Shown here one piece after another: positions 7,025-12,946 of a DNA stretch of 12,946 nucleotides. Position 1 is the first letter of the stretch, and every line of letters begins with the position of its first letter. The notes under the pieces are model-generated. The model had not been told where the DNA came from and ran no database searches. It saw only the letters and a list, made by a program, of their open reading frames with translations. Made by a program: the position numbers and the translations under genes. The stretch comes from Candidatus Izemoplasmatales bacterium (GTDB lineage Bacteria > Bacillota_I > Bacilli_A > Izemoplasmatales > Hujiaoplasmataceae): contig JBFXGX010000038.1 of NCBI GenBank assembly GCA_050177605.1, forward strand, positions 1-12,946. The letters run 5' to 3'.

Positions 7025-7948
7025 TTATGCAATCACTAAGTCTACTTGATAGGGCAGATTTTTCATCTTATGTCTGCTAAATAACAAATAACCTACACCT
7101 AAAACAACAAAAACAAGTGACATTAATATATTTACTGGAATATTCATAATCATTAGAGCATCTCCATATGCACCGTTAACTCTCATCGGCTCAATGATTA
7201 ATCCTCTACCTAGACCATACCATATCAAATAAAGTCCTAGATTTTCGCCTATTTTGAGCAAACGTTTTTTCTTTAAAGCAATCAGGGTGACAAGTAAAAA
7301 TAGGTTCCATATGCCTTCATATAAAAATGTAGGATGATGAACTACATTACCCAGTGTCATTTGTTCAACAATGAATTTAGGCAATAAATCAATAATCCAT
7401 GCTGATTGGATCGCTGGTCCATATGCTTCATGGTTCATAAAATTACCAAACCTACCAATGATTTGTCCAATGAGAAACCCAATCATTAACGTATCGATGA
7501 GTGGTAATAATTTAATTTTTTTAATCTTACAAAAAATAGGTACAAAAACTAGAGTGGTAATGATTGCTCCATGAATTGCTAATCCACCTTTTGAGATATT
7601 CATTATGTCCAGAAAAGTCTTATAATGTGGAATCGGATCAAAGAGCACATAATAAAGTCTAGCTCCTAAAAGTGCTAAAGGTAACCCAATTAAGAGACCG
7701 TCATAGATAATATCCTTAGGATAATTTAAACGATTGAGTTCATTCTGACTATAATATGCCGCTATAAATACTCCTGTCAAAATGAAAATTGCATACCAAT
7801 AGATTTGAATGCTACCAAAATCAATTGCTACTCTTGAATAGGGGGCGCTACTCTGGCTTCCTATCGCAAGAAACAAGACCATCAAAAAGATGTGAATCAT
7901 GATCATATACTGATGATGTTGCTGTTTTGTGTTATGATGTGTGTGCAT
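7025..7948 (-). CDS. lgt: prolipoprotein diacylglyceryl transferase with His-rich N-terminal extension
   Basis: Motifs YWYAIF, GARLYYV, GGLAIHGA, GQIIGRFGNFMNHEAYG, HPTFLYEG and YGLGRGLIIEPMR. AAGGAG RBS. Overlaps the copA 3' end by 17 nt. Confidence 0.96.
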   Translation of the reverse strand: MHTHHNTKQQHHQYMIMIHIFLMVLFLAIGSQSSAPYSRVAIDFGSIQIYWYAIFILTGVFIAAYYSQNELNRLNYPKDIIYDGLLIGLPLALLGARLYYVLFDPIPHYKTFLDIMNISKGGLAIHGAIITTLVFVPIFCKIKKIKLLPLIDTLMIGFLIGQIIGRFGNFMNHEAYGPAIQSAWIIDLLPKFIVEQMTLGNVVHHPTFLYEGIWNLFLLVTLIALKKKRLLKIGENLGLYLIWYGLGRGLIIEPMRVNGAYGDALMIMNIPVNILMSLVFVVLGVGYLLFSRHKMKNLPYQVDLVIA

Positions 7949-10406
7949 GAACTAGCTCCTTATCACCCTTTACGAATGACTGTTTTTTTAATCTCAATGA
8001 ATTATAGATTACATTAAGAGAACTAATTGACATTGCAGCAGCACCAATCATTGGATGCAATAAACCTAACATCGCAAATGGGATTGCAATCGCATTATAG
8101 AACCATGCCCAGAAGTAGTTTTGCTTAATTTTTCTAAAGATAGCTTTCGATAACTGAATCGAAGTGAGTAATGTATGCAACTCACCAGATACTAAAGTAA
8201 CATCAGCTGCTTCTTTTGCAATATCTGTACCTGTTCCAATGGCAATACCTACATTAGCTTGCTTAAGCGCTGGTGCATCATTAATACCGTCACCGACCAT
8301 TGCGACTAATCCAAATTCGCTCTGGAGTTTTGAAATTTCGTTTACTTTTCCTTCAGGTAAAACATCAGAGATAATTCTTGTTATACCAGCTTTTTTTGCG
8401 ATTGCTTGAGCAGTTCTTGAATTGTCTCCAGTAATCATAGCTGTCGTTATACCAAGGTTTTCGATTGCCCGAATAACATGTACTGCATCAGGTTTTAATG
8501 CATCTGCAACAGCAATGATACCAAGTATCTCTATATCATCTGCTAGAATCATCACCGTTTTAGCTTCATTTTCAAGTTGTTGCATCATTGATTCTAATCC
8601 ATCATAAGAATGACCAATCGATTTGATTAGTTTTCTGTTACCAAAATAATATGTCTTATTATCTAGAATACCTTTTATACCCATGCCAGATATGGCTTCA
8701 AAATCTCTTGGGTTTAATAGCTTTTGATTATTATTTTTTACATCTTCGATAATTGCCATTGCTAATGGATGCTCTGATCCTGTTTCAAGTGATCCAGCGA
8801 CATGCATCATTTGATGTTCACTTATACCTATAGCATGCTTGTCAGTCACTACGGGTTTCCCATATGTTAACGTGCCAGTTTTATCAAAAGCAATGGCTTT
8901 GATATCCTTAAGTGTTTGAACTGCTTCACCGTTGCGAATCAGAATACCTTTTTCTGCGCCAACACCACTACCAACCATTAACGCTGTAGGTGTTCCCAAT
9001 CCAAGTGCACACGGGCACGCTATAACTAACACAGCAGTCGCAGTAATAAATGCTAACGTTAATGGAGTTTGATCTGTGTTAATCCAAGGTAAGATAGGTT
9101 CCATATACTCTAAGATACTCAGATGGAAATTTTGAAAAATTAAAAAAGAACTGAACGTGAGTACTGTTAAAACCATAATTGCTGGCACAAAGTAGGATGT
9201 AATTCTGTCTGCAAATTCTTGTATAGGCACTTTGGACCCCTGACAAGCTTCAACCATCTCAATAACTTGAGATAAGAATGTTTCTTTACCAACTTTAGTA
9301 ACTTCTACTTTGAGCAAGCCATCTTTATTAATGGTTGCTCCGATTACATTGTCACCCACATGCTTTTTGACCGGCATCGATTCACCTGTTGCAATCGATT
9401 CATCAATTAAACTTTTACCTTCAATAATCATTCCGTCTGTTGGTATTTTTTCGCCTGGTCTAATAATCATGATATCTTTAACACTGAGTTCATTCGTTAA
9501 AACTTCGATCTCATTGCCATCGACTAAAATGCGTGCAGTTTTCGCACCTAGTTCCATTAATTTTTTGATGGCTTGGGATGCTTTTCCTTTAGCCTTACTT
9601 TCCAGGAATTTTCCAATCAAGTGAAATGTCATAATTGTTGTTGCCATTTCGATAAATGTTGTGATTGGGAAAAACAATCCTGTGAGACCGATGAGATAGG
9701 GTGGAATAGATCCGAGTGACACAAGGACATCCATATTCGGTTTCAATGATTTAAGAGAGTAATAACTTCCTCTGTGCACGTGACGGCCAATGATAAATAT
9801 GACTGGGAAACCCAGTATGGCAATGATCCAAGTGTATAATGGAATTTCAACAACAAACATGTGAATCAGCATGAGTGACATCATCAAAATAGTTATTGTT
9901 GAACTCAATTGAACTCTTTTTTTAGCGGAATTCATCTTGAGTGTATCAGGATCAACCGATTCATCATTTGTTACTTCGAGACTAATCTTATATCCAATGC
10001 TTTGGATGCGGTGTTTGATATCACTAAAACGAATGACGCGATCGTCATATTGAATGGTAACTTTCTCCGTAGCGAGATTAACATGAGCATCAATAATCCC
10101 ATCCATCTTCAACAGTGTATTATCAATACTGTTTGCGCATGTTGCACAACTCATTCCATCAACTCTGGCAGTCACAGTCTTATGATTGTTTTCGATAGTA
10201 ATGAGTTCATATCCTATCCCCTTAACAGCATTCATTGCAAGATTTGAACTATAACTGTTATCATCAAATTGAATTGTTGCAGTTTCAGTTGCTAAATTCA
10301 CAGAAACATCAATTATCCCTTCAACTTTTCTTAATGCTTTTTCAACATGGTTGACACACGAAGCACAAGTCATACCATTCACTCGATATTTAATATTACT
10401 CGACAT
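7932..10406 (-). CDS. copA: Cu(I)-exporting P1B-1 ATPase
   Basis: Two HMA domains (GMTCASC, GMSCATC). TGES, CPC, DKTGT, SEHP, GDGINDAPAL, FYN and MSISS. Confidence 0.96.
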   Translation of the reverse strand: MSSNIKYRVNGMTCASCVNHVEKALRKVEGIIDVSVNLATETATIQFDDNSYSSNLAMNAVKGIGYELITIENNHKTVTARVDGMSCATCANSIDNTLLKMDGIIDAHVNLATEKVTIQYDDRVIRFSDIKHRIQSIGYKISLEVTNDESVDPDTLKMNSAKKRVQLSSTITILMMSLMLIHMFVVEIPLYTWIIAILGFPVIFIIGRHVHRGSYYSLKSLKPNMDVLVSLGSIPPYLIGLTGLFFPITTFIEMATTIMTFHLIGKFLESKAKGKASQAIKKLMELGAKTARILVDGNEIEVLTNELSVKDIMIIRPGEKIPTDGMIIEGKSLIDESIATGESMPVKKHVGDNVIGATINKDGLLKVEVTKVGKETFLSQVIEMVEACQGSKVPIQEFADRITSYFVPAIMVLTVLTFSSFLIFQNFHLSILEYMEPILPWINTDQTPLTLAFITATAVLVIACPCALGLGTPTALMVGSGVGAEKGILIRNGEAVQTLKDIKAIAFDKTGTLTYGKPVVTDKHAIGISEHQMMHVAGSLETGSEHPLAMAIIEDVKNNNQKLLNPRDFEAISGMGIKGILDNKTYYFGNRKLIKSIGHSYDGLESMMQQLENEAKTVMILADDIEILGIIAVADALKPDAVHVIRAIENLGITTAMITGDNSRTAQAIAKKAGITRIISDVLPEGKVNEISKLQSEFGLVAMVGDGINDAPALKQANVGIAIGTGTDIAKEAADVTLVSGELHTLLTSIQLSKAIFRKIKQNYFWAWFYNAIAIPFAMLGLLHPMIGAAAMSISSLNVIYNSLRLKKQSFVKGDKELVHAHTS

Positions 10407-10410
10407 TTTA

Positions 10411-10638
10411 TTATTCCTCTTCGATGGTCGTTAAGTATTCGACTTGATATCCTGTTTGAACAATTGCCTCAAGATACATATTTGAATTGGGTTTTTCCTC
10501 TTCAGTCAATACTTTTGCAATATGTGTTGAAAAATTAATATCAACATCGATTGCTCCCGCTGATTTTAAAGCTGAAGTAATGCGATTGATGCATCCGATG
10601 CAATGGATATCTCCGATTCTATAAATTAGCGTTGCCAT
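10411..10638 (-). CDS. copZ: CopZ-like HMA-domain copper chaperone
   Basis: 75 aa with IGDIHCIGC (CxxC) and an AIVQTGYQV tail. AGGAGG RBS. Lies 4 nt upstream of copA. Confidence 0.88.
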   Translation of the reverse strand: MATLIYRIGDIHCIGCINRITSALKSAGAIDVDINFSTHIAKVLTEEEKPNSNMYLEAIVQTGYQVEYLTTIEEE

Positions 10639-10654
10639 AAGTAATTCCTCCTTT

Positions 10655-10677
10655 TATACCCCTCCCGTGGTGGGGTG
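10655..10677. promoter_or_regulatory. CsoR operator, copy 2
   Basis: TATACCCCTCCCGTGGTGGGGTG, between the -10 and the RBS of copZ. One mismatch to copy 1. Confidence 0.88.
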
Positions 10678-10685
10678 TCATCTAT

Positions 10686-10714
10686 ACTATATCAAACTAT
10701 TCATTAGATGTCAA
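10686..10714 (-). promoter_or_regulatory. sigma-A promoter of copZ-copA-lgt
   Basis: TTGACA (10714-10709), a 17-bp spacer, then extended -10 TGA-TATAGT (10691-10686). The -35 lies inside the 3' end of the upstream CDS. Confidence 0.85.
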
Positions 10715-11623
10715 TCCTTCATCTTCTAAATAGTAGATGTGTCTAATTCCATCTGTGTTTTCTACATAAGCAGTAATATATGTATCCTTTGATAAGATAA
10801 GATCATTAACAGTTGTTACAAAACCATTATCATTTAGGGTTTTTGGATAGTTTTTATCTGAACTATTCTTACTTAACCCATATCTGTATGAACGACTTAT
10901 AAAATCAGTACAGTAGAATTTGTTTTTTGTGTCCATAATGAAAAGGAAATTATATAATGAACGATTTTCTAAATGTTCATTGGCATATGACATAGTTTGA
11001 TCCAGTTTTTCTTCATCTATATTTTTTACTCTTAATACTACGAATTTTTCTCTGTAATAAGAACCATAATAAGGATATGACAAGTCGTTTTCTCCTCTAA
11101 AATATGGCAACATCCAATAATTAGTAGAAGATTGTCTTACACCAACTGAATAATCATGTGTACCATCTGAAGGGTCTTTGATTATATCAAAGATACTTTC
11201 ATCATCTTTTGGGAAGCCTACAGCTTCAATGAATTGATTGTTACCATTATTCAGTGCAGCGTGTCCTCCAACAAAAAAACTCATCAATTGATGAAAACCG
11301 AATATGTTTGGAAAAGGTGATTCCTGAGTCATAAATATATCCCCTTTTTTCCCAATAAATGGTTCATCTTTGGTTGTATAAAAAAGGCTACGTGTATCCG
11401 CTTTCTCATATTCATTGATTCTTTCGACCGGGTGATACATTCTTATTTCTTCCATCCCATTATCAAAATAGATGGTTACTGTCTCTCCCTCTATACCTCG
11501 TTCTTTAAAATCTCTTATTAACTGATTGACTTTTATATTTTGATTAAGTCCTTGCAAGAATATTGAAACGGATAAAATAAGTACAATTAGAAAAAACCTT
11601 TTACGTATTTTTTTTACTTTCAT
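10697..11623 (-). CDS. membrane-anchored permuted papain-like NlpC/P60 enzyme (YiiX/YebB/YaeF, C92 family)
   Basis: 308 aa from ATG 11623 (GAGGT RBS). Basic N-terminus plus a TM helix. KKGDIF, GHAAL...IEA and a C-terminal YNF...KFYCTDFISRSY place the catalytic His before the Cys, which is the permuted order. Confidence 0.85.
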   Translation of the reverse strand: MKVKKIRKRFFLIVLILSVSIFLQGLNQNIKVNQLIRDFKERGIEGETVTIYFDNGMEEIRMYHPVERINEYEKADTRSLFYTTKDEPFIGKKGDIFMTQESPFPNIFGFHQLMSFFVGGHAALNNGNNQFIEAVGFPKDDESIFDIIKDPSDGTHDYSVGVRQSSTNYWMLPYFRGENDLSYPYYGSYYREKFVVLRVKNIDEEKLDQTMSYANEHLENRSLYNFLFIMDTKNKFYCTDFISRSYRYGLSKNSSDKNYPKTLNDNGFVTTVNDLILSKDTYITAYVENTDGIRHIYYLEDEGLTSNE

Positions 11624-11641
11624 GTTGAATACCTCATAATC

Positions 11642-11674
11642 AATATACAATAATAATGTGAACGAATTATGAAT
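11642..11674 (-). promoter_or_regulatory. second putative OmpR-family box plus -10
   Basis: Plus-strand GTGAAC (11658) and ATGAAT (11669) have an 11-bp period. The minus-strand -10 TATATT (11647-11642) lies 10 bp away, the same geometry as at 3816-3848. Confidence 0.6.
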
Positions 11675-11775
11675 AAATAATAGTACTTCGAATGTGACAA
11701 AGCTGTTAACCAGAAGTTGTTTTAACAAAGCTATCAAATTAATATTTCAGATTTGAAATGAATTATTAGGATAAC

Positions 11776-11805
11776 AAAAAAAGACAGTTCAATAGCAGAA
11801 CCGTC
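11776..11805 (-). terminator. intrinsic terminator
   Basis: Minus strand reads GACGGTTC-TGCTATT-GAACTGTC-TTTTTTT. Confidence 0.85.
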
Positions 11806-11832
11806 ATCTACGGGATGATCGAGTTTAAATTT

Positions 11833-11991
11833 CTATAAATTGTTTTTTTGATAATTCAACGCTATATCTTTGATAGAATTTGGAATAATAGTCTTGACTC
11901 CAAAAAACTCATTAATCTTGTGATGTGTAAATCCAATCGCATCTATTTCGATCGATTGATTTAAATAATCATGATCATCAACTTCAGCATC
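11833..11991 (-). pseudogene. 3' remnant of a gene, possibly a zincin-like metallopeptidase
   Basis: Reads DAEVDDHDYLNQSIEIDAIGFTHHKINEFFGVKTIIPNSIKDIALNYQKNNL* and ends 27 nt before the terminator stem. Y..Q.IE.DA..F resembles the third-ligand helix of HExxH peptidases. Upstream of ~11991 the frame is just the antisense of the recombinase. Confidence 0.5.
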
Positions 11992-12946
11992 AGCGGTACT
12001 TCCACCAAGCACAGGAAACAGTTTAATAATATGATGGATGCTGCAAAGCGTGGTGAAATTGATTTGATCATGACTAAGTCAATCTCACGATTCGCTAGAA
12101 ACACAGTTGATTGCTTAAACTACATCAGAGAGATGCGAGCTATCAATGTCGAGATCTTCTTCGAAAAAGAAAACATCTATTCTTCAGATCCAAAGGTGGA
12201 CTTCCTATTAACCATCATGTCGTCCATCGCCCAAGAGGAAGCAAGAAACGTGAGCGAGAACGTCAAATGGAATGTTCAAAAGCGTTTCAACAATAGCGTT
12301 CCAATTGTGAATCACAATCGGTTCTTAGGTTATACCAAAGACAAACGAGGTGGCAACTTAATCGTTGTTCCTGAAGAAGCTAAAATCGTCCGTGAAATCT
12401 TCCAAATGTATGTGAGTGGAATCGGACCGATGAAGATTGCAAAGCACATGGAATCCTTAGGTGCTACCACCGGTGCTGGTGCAACCAAATGGAGTATGTC
12501 CACAGTCGCAGTTATTCTTAAGAACGAAAAATACATCGGTGATTTGGTTCAACAGAAAACACTCACGGTTGATTACCTTTCACATAAGAAAGTTAAGAAT
12601 AAAGAACTCGCTCCGATGTATCACACCGAGAATGCGCATGAAGCAATCATCGATAGAGAAACATTCCTCCTTGCTCAAAGGATCAGAGAGGATCGTAGCA
12701 AGGTAAAAGTGGGTAAGGATAAGAACCTGGCCAAGTACAATGTAACCTATCCATTCTCAGCATTCATCGTTTGCTCAGAGTGTGGTCGAACCTTAAAGAG
12801 ACGTTATTGGAACTACGGTACACCAGCTCAAAGAGTCATGCAACAATGTGGTGGCTACATCGACGGTAAAGCTCACTGTAAGGCTAAAGCAACATACCAA
12901 GAAATGATTGAAGGTGCAACTGTGAAAATGCTAAACGAGGTGTTTT
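11989..12946 (+). pseudogene. large serine recombinase, 5'-truncated (runs off the right edge)
   Basis: Not in the ORF track. Open frame ISGTSTKHRKQFNNMMDAAKRGEIDLIMTKSISRFARNTVDCL...FEKENI...LLTIMSSIAQEEARNVSENVKW...FLGY...EEAKIVREIFQMY...ILKNEKYIGD...HEAII...CSECG...C...C covers the resolvase C-half, recombinase and Zn-ribbon domains. There is an in-frame TAA at 11962-11964 and no YxRVS catalytic motif. Confidence 0.92.

Noticed and set aside
5770..10538. Antisense ORFs inside copB, lgt, copA and copZ, including the mutually similar 6535-6729 and 8164-8409
   Set aside because: Shadow frames. Their similarity reflects the conserved GDGINDAPAL region of the two ATPases.
11624..11737. 38-aa N-terminal extension of the 346-aa ORF
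   Set aside because: It starts at TTG and spans the predicted promoter and box. ATG 11623 has a GAGGT RBS and gives a normal basic-plus-hydrophobic N-terminus.
12111..12706. ORFs 12111-12296, 12330-12536 and 12461-12706
   Set aside because: Alternative frames overlapping the uninterrupted recombinase frame.
1..12946. CRISPR array, tRNA/rRNA, riboswitch
   Set aside because: No regularly spaced repeats or recognisable structured-RNA signatures were seen. The hairpins found are explained as terminators or operators.

Overview
AT-rich metal-resistance island from a low-GC monoderm bacterium. TGA is used as stop and TGG as Trp, so the code is table 11. An Acholeplasma/Bacillota-like host is inference only. 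From left to right the window holds: (1) the 5' part of a CadC-like ArsR/SmtB repressor with its operator; (2) a decayed Xre-HTH remnant; (3) a minus-strand block of SHOCT membrane protein, Met-rich two-repeat secreted protein, OmpR regulator and histidine kinase; (4) a plus-strand csoR-cueP-copB operon; (5) a convergent minus-strand block of permuted papain-like (YiiX/C92, LnsA-like) gene, copZ, copA and lgt; (6) a junction joining the 3' remnant of a minus-strand gene to a large serine recombinase that has lost its catalytic N-terminus. Two regulatory motifs each occur twice: a 23-bp CsoR operator and an OmpR-type direct-repeat box with identical spacing to the -10. The most interesting inference is a copper-inducible lipoprotein acylation module, made of a His-tailed Lgt plus an LnsA-like permuted NlpC/P60 enzyme, wired into the copper efflux operon under both CsoR and two-component control.
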